Positions 18,344 through 28,329 of a DNA stretch of 64,000 bases are shown piece after piece. The notes under the pieces are model-generated. The model was not told the DNA's origin. It ran no database searches and was given only the letters and a program-made list of their open reading frames with translations. The first letter of the stretch is position 1; every line of letters starts with the position of its first letter. The stretch is from Parcubacteria group bacterium GW2011_GWA2_43_13. Lineage in GTDB: Bacteria > Patescibacteriota > Patescibacteriia > UBA9629 > GWA2-43-13. The stretch spans positions 12,253-76,252 of the forward strand of contig LCFM01000003.1 of assembly GCA_000999025.1 (NCBI GenBank), read 5' to 3'. A program made the translations under genes and the position numbers.

Positions 18344-19075
18344 TTACTGACTTTCTCTATACCCCATTGCTTCAACTTGTTCTGCCAACTCCTTTCCTCC
18401 ACTCTCCATAATCCTCCCCTGTTTCATAATATGCACATGCGTTGGAGTAAGATATTTCAAGATACGATTATAATGAGTAATAATCAACACGGACTTTTCA
18501 GGCGACATCCACTCATTGATGGATTGCGCAACCGCTTGCAGTGCATCAATATCCAAACCGGAATCAATCTCATCTATCACCGCAAACTTAGGATCAAGCA
18601 TTTTTAATTGCAAAATCTCTGCTTTCTTTTTTTCACCGCCTGAAAATCCTTCATTCACATTTCGATCGCTAAACTCTTCGGCAATCCCTAACGGTTGCAT
18701 CGCAGATGTAATCTCTTTTTGAAATTCAGCAACCGAACCGACTTCGGCGTGCGTGCGCTGATACGCAGTGCGCAAAAAACTGGAAAGCGATACCCCCGGA
18801 ATCTCGACAGGATACTGAAAAGCTAAAAAGACGCCCTTGCGAGCTCGCTCTTCTGGTGAAAAAGTCACAATACTTTTGCCTTCAAAAAGAATCTCCCCAT
18901 GAGTAACCTCAAACCCGGGGTTACCTGCAATCACCTGCGCAAGCGTTGATTTTCCGCTCCCATTCGGCCCCATAATCGCATGAATCTCGCCTGCGCGTAT
19001 CTCCAAAGATAGATTATGAATAATCACTTTTTGTTCCACACAAACATCCAAACCACGAACAAATACCATTGACAT
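18344..19075 (-). CDS. sufC: Fe-S cluster assembly ATPase SufC
   Basis: Walker A GPNGSGKST, ABC signature LSGGEKK, Walker B ILDEIDSGLD. Confidence 0.9.
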   Translation of the reverse strand: MSMVFVRGLDVCVEQKVIIHNLSLEIRAGEIHAIMGPNGSGKSTLAQVIAGNPGFEVTHGEILFEGKSIVTFSPEERARKGVFLAFQYPVEIPGVSLSSFLRTAYQRTHAEVGSVAEFQKEITSAMQPLGIAEEFSDRNVNEGFSGGEKKKAEILQLKMLDPKFAVIDEIDSGLDIDALQAVAQSINEWMSPEKSVLIITHYNRILKYLTPTHVHIMKQGRIMESGGKELAEQVEAMGYRESQ

Positions 19076-19213
19076 ACTGCGTATTGTACTAAATAATAAC
19101 CATACTATGTTACTCTCTCGGGCAGGGAGAGTGCTTTCTCACACAAAGGACCACAACGGGCCTATGCGAGAAAGCGTTTTTTTATTTATGATGTATTCAT
19201 CCTCATTCATCTG

Positions 19214-20383
19214 TTATCCATGTTTTCGTTTTATCCCTTCCAAACACTTTTGTACAATCTTGACTGTTTTTTTAATTTCTTTTTCTGTTGTGTATTTTGA
19301 CAATGAAAATCGAATAAATGTTTGGGCATCGTCTTCATCATATCCCAAGGTCTGAATCACATGCGATGACGTATGCGCCCCAGACGCGCATGCGGAACCA
19401 GAAGATACTGCAAGCCCTTCTGCGTCAAAACGCGTTACAAGAACATCATGGTCAATTCCTGGAAACAACATACCTAAAATATGAGGAGCGCTATCATCAG
19501 GATTGATCACTTTCACAACTCCTTTGCATTTTTTTTCAAGTTTATGTTTGAGCAATAACCGCAAATCATCAACTCGATCTGTATATTCCGCGCCCTCATC
19601 GCTCACCACCATTGCCGCGGCACCAAGCCCGACAATCCCTGAAACATTTTCTGTACCAGGACGCATTCCGTATTCCTGACTTCCTCCATATAATATGGGA
19701 TGAAACGGAATTCCTTCTTTTAAATACAGTGCGCCAACTCCTTTGGGGCCATGGATTTTATGGCCACTGATAGTTGCGCAATCAACACCCAATGTTTCAA
19801 CCCTGCAATCCATATACCCAAACGCTTGCACAATATCTGAATGAACTATTGCGGCGGCGTTTTTCTTTTTTACAATCCGCACAATATCACCAATAGGCTG
19901 AACGCTCCCGATTTCATTATTCACCATCATAACAGAAACAAGCGTTGTCTCGCGTATTACCTCGGCTGAGAGTTGTTCAAGGTCAATCATGCCAGCTTTA
20001 TCAACAGGTATCACTGATACTGCCCAGCCCTCGCGTTCAAGATATTCAGCTGACTCCAAAATAGAATGATGTTCAATAGCAGAGATAACAATATGCCTGC
20101 CTTCTGATTGCCGCGCGCGCGCAATCCCTATAATGGCCATTACATTCGCCTCTGTCGCGCCACTGGTAAAAATAACTTCCCGAGGAGCGCACCCAAACAA
20201 CAACGCAACACGCGACCGCGCCTTATCAACAGCTGATCGCGCCTCCCTGCCAATACTATGAGAAGAAGACGGATTGCCAACCATACCCTCGCAATAGGGC
20301 TTCATGGCAACGGCTACCTGTTCATCAATCATTGTTGTGGCGGCATTGTCTAAATAAATCATAGGTCTTTGGTCACAACTCAC
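19214..20383 (-). CDS. cysteine desulfurase (NifS/IscS-like class V aminotransferase)
   Basis: PLP lysine region SGHKIHGPKGVGALY and SSGSACAS active-site loop. Confidence 0.85.
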   Translation of the reverse strand: MSCDQRPMIYLDNAATTMIDEQVAVAMKPYCEGMVGNPSSSHSIGREARSAVDKARSRVALLFGCAPREVIFTSGATEANVMAIIGIARARQSEGRHIVISAIEHHSILESAEYLEREGWAVSVIPVDKAGMIDLEQLSAEVIRETTLVSVMMVNNEIGSVQPIGDIVRIVKKKNAAAIVHSDIVQAFGYMDCRVETLGVDCATISGHKIHGPKGVGALYLKEGIPFHPILYGGSQEYGMRPGTENVSGIVGLGAAAMVVSDEGAEYTDRVDDLRLLLKHKLEKKCKGVVKVINPDDSAPHILGMLFPGIDHDVLVTRFDAEGLAVSSGSACASGAHTSSHVIQTLGYDEDDAQTFIRFSLSKYTTEKEIKKTVKIVQKCLEGIKRKHG

Positions 20384-20775
20384 TACATCATCTGCTGAAG
20401 AGTTACCTTATCAAGCGCATCCCAAACCCTGCGTTCAACATGAGCCCATATATCTTTCTTCGCGCACTTCTTTTGCGAACAATCACACCCTAATCGTTTT
20501 GTGCAGTTGCGCAATGACGGCTTTACCCGCTCAACTGTTTTTACAATATCGGCAAGCGAAACAGATTCTGCCTGTTTTTTTAGATAATATCCGCCGCGCG
20601 CGCCACGCACAGAGGAGACAATTTTTTTCTTTTTCAAATCCTGAGCGATTTTTTCGCAATACTCAAACGGCAACCCGCTTTCAGCCGCAACAACCCTCAA
20701 AGAAACAGGATGGTCTTCTTTGGCAAGAGCAACAAGAAGCACAACAGCATAATGGGCTTTAGTCGAAAAAAACAT
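20383..20775 (-). CDS. Rrf2-family transcriptional regulator (IscR-like)
   Basis: Rrf2 HTH N-terminus. ATGA overlap with the downstream desulfurase gene. First gene of the suf operon. Confidence 0.75.
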   Translation of the reverse strand: MFFSTKAHYAVVLLVALAKEDHPVSLRVVAAESGLPFEYCEKIAQDLKKKKIVSSVRGARGGYYLKKQAESVSLADIVKTVERVKPSLRNCTKRLGCDCSQKKCAKKDIWAHVERRVWDALDKVTLQQMM

Positions 20776-20831
20776 ATCGGAGTACTTTAGTGTGAATTAT
20801 AATGAGTATACGTCCCTCGCCGTGCGTTGTC

Positions 20832-20864
20832 AAAAAAAAGCCCTCTCAAGAGAGAGGGCTTTTG
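20832..20864. terminator. bidirectional rho-independent terminator (AAAAAAAAGCCCTCTC-AAGA-GAGAGGGCTTTT)
   Basis: Perfect 8-bp GC-rich stem flanked by an A-run and a T-run. The core CCCTCTC/GAGAGGG is related to family B. Confidence 0.7.
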
Positions 20865-20885
20865 ACAACATACGCCAGAGCGATA

Positions 20886-20987
20886 CTATGCTGCCATATC
20901 GCCGCCGACTTCTTCATCCGTATCATCATCCATGGTACAGGTACATGGATCGCTCCCGCAATTGGGACACATGTCTTCGTTCTCCAT
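20886..20987 (-). CDS. candidate 33-aa CPxCG zinc-ribbon-like peptide (MENEDMCPNCGSDPCTCTMDDDTDEEVGGDMAA)
   Basis: Small ORF between the response-regulator stop and the terminator hairpin. Translated by hand. Below the 60-aa cutoff of the ORF track. No clear SD. Confidence 0.2.
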   Translation of the reverse strand: MENEDMCPNCGSDPCTCTMDDDTDEEVGGDMAA

Positions 20988-21049
20988 ATCATGCGTGCGC
21001 CTGATGATGCTTTAAAATAAAGCACAATCAACGCATTATGAATAAAATA

Positions 21050-21427
21050 CTACAATAATTCTCCGGACAGAAACGCAATAATATCCCGCATTTCATGTTC
21101 GCCTTTGACAAAATACCCTTGCGCTCCAAGAGAGCGCGCTTCCTCATGGGTCACCAAGCCAGAAGTGCCTGAAAAGAAAACAACCGGAATCGTGCGCGAT
21201 TTCTCCCATTCCCTTAATTCAGCCAAAACGGTAAACCCATGTTTATCAGGTAAAATGACATCTAACAGAATACAATCAATCGCAATTTCTTTCAAGGTCT
21301 CCCGAAGATGAGACCATGAATACGCCTCATGCGCAACAAAACCCGCGCGCTCAAGTTCACAAGCAACATACGAAGCAAACAACTCATCATCGTCAACAAT
21401 TAAAATAACTTTTTTACTCTCCTCCAT
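21050..21427 (-). CDS. single-domain response regulator (CheY-like receiver)
   Basis: ILIVDDDELF, phospho-acceptor D in IDCILLDVILPD, 125 aa. No output domain. Confidence 0.8.
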   Translation of the reverse strand: MEESKKVILIVDDDELFASYVACELERAGFVAHEAYSWSHLRETLKEIAIDCILLDVILPDKHGFTVLAELREWEKSRTIPVVFFSGTSGLVTHEEARSLGAQGYFVKGEHEMRDIIAFLSGELL

Positions 21428-21429
21428 AC

Positions 21430-22257
21430 TTAGGGGGCTAACAAAGCTCGTATATATTCTACCACACGTTTTGACCTCTTTAGAAACAATACCACAACGC
21501 ACACAATAACCACACTAATACTCACAAAAAGAGGAAGCCGTATCCCGATGACCAAAGGCACTGCATCAATGCGTAACAGCTCCATCACGGCCCGAATCAT
21601 TCCAGTAACTAAAAAATAATACACAATCACATCACTCGCAGGCATGGCATCTTTCAAACGCACAACTCTTTTCAATAACACATATCCTAATATCAACAAT
21701 AAAAGCGATTCATAAAAAAAAACAGGATGATAATAGGCACTATGTTCAAACCCTTGCATGCGATGCGCGGAATCAATAAAAATCGCCCACGGAAGCTGGC
21801 TCGGCTGGCCGTATAATTCTTGATTGAAATAATTTCCCCACCTTCCGATTGCCTGACCTATCGCGAGCCATGGAACAAGCGAAGCAAAAACGAATGATAC
21901 GGCAAGGTTGTTTTTTTTACACACAATCACCCCAGCGATCAATCCTCCGATCAAGGCGCCATGGATAGCCAATCCTCCATGCCATATCGCAACGATTTCA
22001 AATAGTCGCGTACTATACCATGAATACTCATTCACCACATGATACAGCCGCGCGCCAATCATACCTCCAATCACTATCCAAAAACACAATGAATCAAAAC
22101 GCAATACATTCTTGCCTAACTTCATCATCGTCTTTTTCCAACCAAAATAGACAACACAAAACGCAACGGCAATAAAAAAACCATACCAATAGATATGGAA
22201 AAATCCTATTGAAAATAAAAGCGGTGATGGAGCAAAGGCATGCCAAAAAGCCAGCAT
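21430..22257 (-). CDS. lgt: prolipoprotein diacylglyceryl transferase
   Basis: Lgt signature (YYHPVFFYESL) and a multi-TM profile. Confidence 0.85.
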   Translation of the reverse strand: MLAFWHAFAPSPLLFSIGFFHIYWYGFFIAVAFCVVYFGWKKTMMKLGKNVLRFDSLCFWIVIGGMIGARLYHVVNEYSWYSTRLFEIVAIWHGGLAIHGALIGGLIAGVIVCKKNNLAVSFVFASLVPWLAIGQAIGRWGNYFNQELYGQPSQLPWAIFIDSAHRMQGFEHSAYYHPVFFYESLLLLILGYVLLKRVVRLKDAMPASDVIVYYFLVTGMIRAVMELLRIDAVPLVIGIRLPLFVSISVVIVCVVVLFLKRSKRVVEYIRALLAP

Positions 22258-22259
22258 AG

Positions 22260-23177
22260 TTACGCTTTGTCAGCTGAACCCAATAAACGTATTTTTCTCA
22301 TAACCTCGTGCTTCATAACATCTCGAGCAACGCCGATATACCCTCGCATATCAATTTCTTCAGGATGCAGAGCAAGCGCTTTGCGAATAGCAGACGTTGC
22401 GGCAAGACGCAAATCAGTATCTGTATTCACCTTACAAATCCCCAATAAAACAGCTCGCTTGATTGCTTGATCAGAGACACCTTGAGCATGCGGAACCGCG
22501 CCGCCATACTGTTCAATCGTGCGAATGATGGCGGATCGCACCGATGATGCTCCATGCAATACCAAAGGGACGGCAACAACTGCGCGAATACGCTTCAAAA
22601 GGGCGTAATCCAAACAAACTTTTGTGCGAGATTTTACCGGACCGTGCGCAGTGCCAATAGAAACAGCCAATGCCGCGCATCCTGTTTTTTGTACAAACTC
22701 ACGCGCTGATTCAGGATCTGTGTACAATAATTCTCTTCTCTTGACTGTAACCAAATCCTCTTTCCCTGGAATTCTGCCTAACTCCGCTTCCACTGAACTA
22801 CCATACTGCCGCGCCCATTGAACAACCTGCCGAGTGCGATGCACATTATCTTCAAATGAAAGGTGGGAACCATCATACATCACAGAGGTATACCCGGATC
22901 GAAGCGCGTGCCGAATAATATCAAGGTTTTTCCCATGGTCAAGATGCAAAACAACAGGAATGGAAGATTTTGCCGCAATACGAATAATCGCACTTAAATA
23001 ATCCATGCCAGCATATTCAATCGCGCCTTCACTGGTTTGCATAATCACTGGAGCAGACACTTCACATGCCGCCTGAATAATGGCCTGCGCCGTTTCAAGA
23101 TTATTCACATTAAAAGCGCCCACAGCATACCCATGGGCTTGCGCTTTTTTTAAGACTGAGGCAAGCGTTACCAGCAT
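22260..23177 (-). CDS. fba: class II fructose-bisphosphate aldolase
   Basis: GYAVGAFNVNNLE N-terminus and zinc ligands (HLDHG). Confidence 0.9.
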   Translation of the reverse strand: MLVTLASVLKKAQAHGYAVGAFNVNNLETAQAIIQAACEVSAPVIMQTSEGAIEYAGMDYLSAIIRIAAKSSIPVVLHLDHGKNLDIIRHALRSGYTSVMYDGSHLSFEDNVHRTRQVVQWARQYGSSVEAELGRIPGKEDLVTVKRRELLYTDPESAREFVQKTGCAALAVSIGTAHGPVKSRTKVCLDYALLKRIRAVVAVPLVLHGASSVRSAIIRTIEQYGGAVPHAQGVSDQAIKRAVLLGICKVNTDTDLRLAATSAIRKALALHPEEIDMRGYIGVARDVMKHEVMRKIRLLGSADKA

Positions 23178-23199
23178 AAATAGTCAACCATTCGCCATG

Positions 23200-23937
23200 T
23201 TACTCACTTTTAGCTCCTTTTTTCTTTTTCTGAATAATTTCACTATTCCGTATCCCCTTATACACAGGGATCATTGCAGCGCCAAATACAATGGCATACA
23301 CATATTCCTCCAGAGGGATAGTAAACACATACCCCAAACTCGTTCCTTGCGTCAATTGTAAATGCGTGCTTACAAATTCAGGAAACAGCCAATCAACAAA
23401 CAACAGTGTCATCAAGTACAGAGCTCCAAACAGCGAAGCGCCGTACAGCACTTCTCTTAAAATTTTTCGTTCGTTCCATACCACATACCAGAGAATAACA
23501 AGCCCCATAATAAGCGCGCCACGCACAACAGACAGTTGCGTAAAATAACTAATACTACTTGCGACAATCCCAGAAATTAACAGCAATACATAAATCACAA
23601 TAGCATTTGTTTTTTGCTGACGCGAAAGAAGTTCTGGTTTTTTAAACCTTAATTTAAAGACCTCTTCAAATAATACCGCAATAATACCGCCTAAAAAGAA
23701 AATCCACAAAAATCCTCCAATGTCAGTAAATGTTTCAAATTGTTCCCGCACGCTTGCATGCCAATACCCCGGCACAAAATACGGCTGTGTGAGGCCGAAT
23801 GGCAATAAAATCAAACTCATAAACAGCATGCGCTTTATAAAATTTCTCCGCGGCATATACGCGATTAACCACAGCACTGCCAAAATCAATGTCCAAAGCG
23901 TGTATGAATCAAAAATACCAGCGAATGAAATACTCAT
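23200..23937 (-). CDS. hypothetical polytopic membrane protein
   Basis: 245 aa with about 7 hydrophobic helices. Family not recognised. Confidence 0.4.
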   Translation of the reverse strand: MSISFAGIFDSYTLWTLILAVLWLIAYMPRRNFIKRMLFMSLILLPFGLTQPYFVPGYWHASVREQFETFTDIGGFLWIFFLGGIIAVLFEEVFKLRFKKPELLSRQQKTNAIVIYVLLLISGIVASSISYFTQLSVVRGALIMGLVILWYVVWNERKILREVLYGASLFGALYLMTLLFVDWLFPEFVSTHLQLTQGTSLGYVFTIPLEEYVYAIVFGAAMIPVYKGIRNSEIIQKKKKGAKSE

Positions 23938-23966
23938 AGATAGAATCCATCATCTTCCCATGGGAT

Positions 23967-24956
23967 TTACATCGAAAGAGAATGAGGATAAATTGTTTTA
24001 TATTTTTTCATCCATTGAAAAAGGACGCGCTGTGTCAACAGTCCATTGTGAGGTCCAATCTGCGACACTACTGATCCTGAATTAAGGATACCCCACTTCA
24101 GCGCGTCACGCCAGTGATTCCCCAAAACTAAAGAAGATACAAATCCGCTTGCAAAACTATCCCCAGCGCCAGTGCTATCAACCGCCTTAAACGGAAGAGC
24201 GTCAATCTGATATGCGTGCTCTCCATCATATCCGCACGCGCCTTCCCGTGAATTGGTCATCACAATAATTCCGCACCCAAGCGCGTGAAATTTTTTCAGC
24301 AACCCCACATCTGATGAAAGAGAGGTTGACAGCAATGTCTGCGCTTCATGCTTATTTACGATAACAACATCAGCGGCGCGAAGAGCCCACTGCCACGCGG
24401 ATAATCCGTCTTCCATTTGATGACTTCCGGGATTTATCGCAATACGATACCCGTATTTCTTTTTTCCTTCAACAACAGACCGCCATATCTTTTCATACCC
24501 CGACGCCATTGAGGTAAGATACACCCATTGAGTAGGAAAAAACGGCTTTGCCGTATACTGACGATCCGCATGATACGAAAGAATGGTTCTCTCTCCGCGA
24601 TACAGCAATATGGTGGAATAATTCGTTTTACTCTTTGCCTGAAGCGTTGTCAGTGACACATCAATCCCTTTTCGATCCAAGTCGTCGCGGATAAAAATAC
24701 CAAAATCATCATCTCCGAGTACGCCCCAGTACGCGGTTTTCAATCCAAAAGAAACGCACCCGCAAGCGACATTCGCGCCGTTTCCTCCAACCATGCGCAG
24801 TGGCTCGGCAATAGGAATCTTTTCTCCGAACGGGAGACAAATATTCGTGTGATTGCCTTTCGATTTTTGCACGCACGCATCATCAAGCATCACATACACA
24901 TCCTGCGTCGCATCGCCTATGACAATCACATCACAGTGTTTTTTTTGAAATAGCAT
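23967..24956 (-). CDS. PfkB-family carbohydrate kinase (ribokinase-like)
   Basis: GG dipeptide (VGGNGANVA) and the DSTGAGDSFASG anion-hole motif. Confidence 0.8.
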   Translation of the reverse strand: MLFQKKHCDVIVIGDATQDVYVMLDDACVQKSKGNHTNICLPFGEKIPIAEPLRMVGGNGANVACGCVSFGLKTAYWGVLGDDDFGIFIRDDLDRKGIDVSLTTLQAKSKTNYSTILLYRGERTILSYHADRQYTAKPFFPTQWVYLTSMASGYEKIWRSVVEGKKKYGYRIAINPGSHQMEDGLSAWQWALRAADVVIVNKHEAQTLLSTSLSSDVGLLKKFHALGCGIIVMTNSREGACGYDGEHAYQIDALPFKAVDSTGAGDSFASGFVSSLVLGNHWRDALKWGILNSGSVVSQIGPHNGLLTQRVLFQWMKKYKTIYPHSLSM

Positions 24957-24963
24957 ACTGACT

Positions 24964-25929
24964 CTATTTTTTTAATACGCGATTCAGAGCGTCCATAATA
25001 GCGGAAGAATCCAAATGATATTTTTCAATCAGCGCGTCAGCCGGCCCTGATTCCCCAAACGTGTCATCAATTCCGACCATTTCAATGGGAATGGGATACT
25101 CCTGCGCCATGTACTCTGCAATCGCGCTTCCAAGTCCGCCACTCTTTTGATGATCTTCAACTGTAACAAAGGCGCGCGTTTTTCTCGCGACAGTGCGCAA
25201 TGCCTCGGTATCAAGTGGCTTGATTGTTGCCATATTCATAACTTGAATATGAATGCCATATTCCTTTTCCATGTCCCGCGCGGCGCACAACGCCTGATGC
25301 ACAAGAGGCCCTGCGCCAATAATCGTCACATCACTTCCTTGTTTTATAATAGATGCCGCGCCTATCTCAAACGAACTTTTTAAAGATGTGATACAAGGAG
25401 TTTTCTCTCGTGTTAAACGGATATACACAGGACCCGGATAATGTGCCGCGGCGATTGTTGCTTTATATGCTTCGTGTTCATCGCATGGAACAATCACCGT
25501 CATATTGGGAAGCACTCGCATCAGCGCGATATCTTCAAGCGCCTGGTGCGTCGCTCCGTCCGCGCCGACTGTTAATCCGGCATGGCATCCGATAATCTTT
25601 ACATTCAGTTTACTATAACACACTGAAACGCGCACCTGATCCCATGTGCGGCCCGGAGAAAAAACAGCATATGCTGTTGCGAAAGGCACTTTCCCTTCCA
25701 TCGCAAGCCCTGCCGCAACGCCGATCATATTTTGTTCAGAAACGCCCATTTCAATAAATCTGTCTGGATATTTTTGAGCAAACCAATGCGTGCGCGTTGA
25801 TTCAGCGACATCTGCGCACAACACCACAACATCGTGATTCTTTTTCCCCAACTCAACCAATGCTCTGCCAAATCCGTCACGAGTTGATCCTTCTTTTAAT
25901 TTTTGTGATAACAGTCGCTCTTTATTCAT
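24964..25929 (-). CDS. tktB: transketolase, C-terminal (pyrimidine-binding) subunit
   Basis: Split-type transketolase subunit B, 321 aa. Confidence 0.85.
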   Translation of the reverse strand: MNKERLLSQKLKEGSTRDGFGRALVELGKKNHDVVVLCADVAESTRTHWFAQKYPDRFIEMGVSEQNMIGVAAGLAMEGKVPFATAYAVFSPGRTWDQVRVSVCYSKLNVKIIGCHAGLTVGADGATHQALEDIALMRVLPNMTVIVPCDEHEAYKATIAAAHYPGPVYIRLTREKTPCITSLKSSFEIGAASIIKQGSDVTIIGAGPLVHQALCAARDMEKEYGIHIQVMNMATIKPLDTEALRTVARKTRAFVTVEDHQKSGGLGSAIAEYMAQEYPIPIEMVGIDDTFGESGPADALIEKYHLDSSAIMDALNRVLKK

Positions 25930-26039
25930 ATTCTACTTTCCCTCTCAACTGACGCAACTCCTTAAGGGGGCTGTCGCCAAATGCTCTTTTGAGGAGAAAA
26001 TCTTAAATTACGCTTCGCGAACTTCGTGCGAGGAAATTT

Positions 26040-26840
26040 TTACGAAAAATTTTGAGGTAATTTTGGCGCTTTGCCATGCCATTGATACTGGCCTTCCATA
26101 AAATCAACGCCTTTCCCCGGAATCGTATGCGCGATAATCGCACACGATGTTTCTAACATCGCCTGCGCAGTATGACATGCGTCAATGATATGATTAAAAT
26201 TATGGCCATCAATTTCAATCACATGAAATCCAAAACTTTCTAATTTCTCTCGCAACGGCTCAAGTGGCATTACATCTTCTGTAACGCCGTCAATTTGAAT
26301 ATTATTTCTATCAATAATAACCGTCAAATTTGAAAGCCGATATTTTGCAATAAATAAAAACGCCTCCCATGATTGACCTTCGTCAAGTTCGCCATCACTC
26401 ATTAATACATACACCCTGTATGTCGCATGTCTCATTTTTCCGGCATACGCCACCCCTGCGGCAATGGAAATCCCTTGCCCCAACGGGCCTGCTGTATTTT
26501 CAATTCCCGGGGCTGACCGATAATGCGGATGGCCTTGAAGCCGTGAATCAATATCCCGCAGTGTTTTCAGTTCCTCGCGTTTAAAATATCCCGCATGCGC
26601 AAGCGTCACATACCATATAGGGCAAATATGGCCATTTGAAAGAATCACCCTATCGCGCTCGCGCCACCACGGTTTTTGCGGATTTTTTTTCAGAATATCA
26701 AAATAGAGCGCAGTAAAAATATCAGCCATGCCTAAACTGCCAGCGGCATGTCCGCTTCCAGCGGATGTTAATGTTATGATGCTGTCCGCCCGAATTTCTT
26801 GTGCCTTTTTTTCAAGAGTGTGTATTTTTTTTTGAATCAC
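26040..26840 (-). CDS. tktA: transketolase, N-terminal (TPP-binding) subunit
   Basis: GSGHAAGSLGMADI and a GDG-type TPP motif (MSDGELDEGQSWEA). Confidence 0.85.
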   Translation of the reverse strand: MIQKKIHTLEKKAQEIRADSIITLTSAGSGHAAGSLGMADIFTALYFDILKKNPQKPWWRERDRVILSNGHICPIWYVTLAHAGYFKREELKTLRDIDSRLQGHPHYRSAPGIENTAGPLGQGISIAAGVAYAGKMRHATYRVYVLMSDGELDEGQSWEAFLFIAKYRLSNLTVIIDRNNIQIDGVTEDVMPLEPLREKLESFGFHVIEIDGHNFNHIIDACHTAQAMLETSCAIIAHTIPGKGVDFMEGQYQWHGKAPKLPQNFS

Positions 26841-27466
26841 ATGGCATTTATTTTTTGTATGATTTCCTCAATAGTATCATGGTCAAATAATCCGCTTCCC
26901 ATCACCAACTGGTCTGCCCCGCTTTCAATAATCTGTTGAGCATTTTCATATTTCACTCCCCCATCAACCGCAATCGTTATGGTTGCGTACCGCGCCCGAG
27001 CCATACGAATACGATCATATGTTTGCTCTAAAAACTCCTGCCCTCCATATCCTGGATGCACACCCATAATCAAACAACCATCCACTTTTTCTCGATATGC
27101 ATCAATCATCGTCAGCGGTGTTTCCGGATTCAGGGCAAGAAATACCTGCTTGCCCGCATCGCGCACTTTTGCAATACAGGTCTCCATATCTTGCGTCGCT
27201 TCAATGTGCAGTGTAACCCGAGCGACAATCGGCGCAAGCCATCTGTCAATGATAATTTCAGGCAATTCTATCATTAAGTGAAGATCTATCTTCGCCTCTG
27301 TTGTAATCAAATCTAAAACTCCCGGATCATTCATTATTTCATCAGGAATAAAAACACCGTCTCCAATATCAAGGTGGATACAATCAGCAAGACCGGCAAT
27401 GCGATCGAGCTTTTCCTGAATATCGCCAACGCTCTGCTCTAATATCGCCGGAATAACCCGATTCAT
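26837..27466 (-). CDS. rpe: ribulose-phosphate 3-epimerase
   Basis: Rpe TIM-barrel motifs (HLDIGDG, MGVHPGYGGQ). The start was chosen at MNRVIPAIL. Confidence 0.85.
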   Translation of the reverse strand: MNRVIPAILEQSVGDIQEKLDRIAGLADCIHLDIGDGVFIPDEIMNDPGVLDLITTEAKIDLHLMIELPEIIIDRWLAPIVARVTLHIEATQDMETCIAKVRDAGKQVFLALNPETPLTMIDAYREKVDGCLIMGVHPGYGGQEFLEQTYDRIRMARARYATITIAVDGGVKYENAQQIIESGADQLVMGSGLFDHDTIEEIIQKINAM

Positions 27467-27476
27467 AAAATATACA

Positions 27477-27917
27477 TTAGCGTTCGAATAAAGAAATTTT
27501 TTGAATACGGCGAAGATGCCTTTCTTCATCCGATGGTTCAGTGGTTAAAAATGCTTCAACAATACGATTCATTTCTTCATCTTGAGCCCCCGCACCGGCA
27601 AGCGCAAGAATATTCGCATGATCATGCGAACGGGCTAACCGAGCGGACTCCTCATCCCATGCCTGCACAGCCCTGATGCCTGTCATTTTATTTGCCGCAA
27701 TAACCATACCTCCCCCACTCCCACAGAGTAAAATTCCCAACGACTCGGGAGTCCTTACCACCTCTTGCGCTACGTTTTGAGCAATATCAGGATAATCATC
27801 ATCTGGAATATATTCATATGCACCACAATCATTCAATTCATATCCATGATCAATAAGCAACGCTTTCAGCGCTTCTTTTGCTTTAAATCCGGCATGGTCA
27901 GCTCCAATGTAAATCAT
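27477..27917 (-). CDS. rpiB: ribose-5-phosphate isomerase B
   Basis: MIYIGADHAGF N-terminus and the catalytic CGSGGGM motif. Confidence 0.85.
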   Translation of the reverse strand: MIYIGADHAGFKAKEALKALLIDHGYELNDCGAYEYIPDDDYPDIAQNVAQEVVRTPESLGILLCGSGGGMVIAANKMTGIRAVQAWDEESARLARSHDHANILALAGAGAQDEEMNRIVEAFLTTEPSDEERHLRRIQKISLFER

Positions 27918-27942
27918 AGGTGATACGGATAGTATACCATTA

Positions 27943-28326
27943 TTACTGTTTTGTTTGAAAATACAGCCGAGCGACACGGCAGTCATTTTCAATCGCGTCA
28001 ATCAACAATCTGATTGAATCAAACATTTTAATGGGACGAATATAAGAAACAACTTCAACTTCAACATCCTTACCTACGACATTTTGATCAAAATCAAACA
28101 CATGCACCTCGCATGTTACTGTATCCGGCTCAAACATCAGCACTGGGCCAAAATGCATAACAGCGCCCCTCCACACATCATCAATGCATATACGACACAC
28201 ATAAATGCCATGCTGAATATTCGGGATATCCTGATACTGAATATTCATCGTCGGAATCCCCAAGTGCTTGCCTCTGCCTGCCCCTCGTACCACTTCACCT
28301 TTAATTTTCGCCAATACTTTGTACAT
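27943..28326 (-). CDS. riboflavin kinase (monofunctional, RibF C-terminal-domain type)
   Basis: GRGKHLGIPTMNI flavokinase motif, 127 aa. Confidence 0.75.
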   Translation of the reverse strand: MYKVLAKIKGEVVRGAGRGKHLGIPTMNIQYQDIPNIQHGIYVCRICIDDVWRGAVMHFGPVLMFEPDTVTCEVHVFDFDQNVVGKDVEVEVVSYIRPIKMFDSIRLLIDAIENDCRVARLYFQTKQ

Positions 28327-28329
28327 ACA

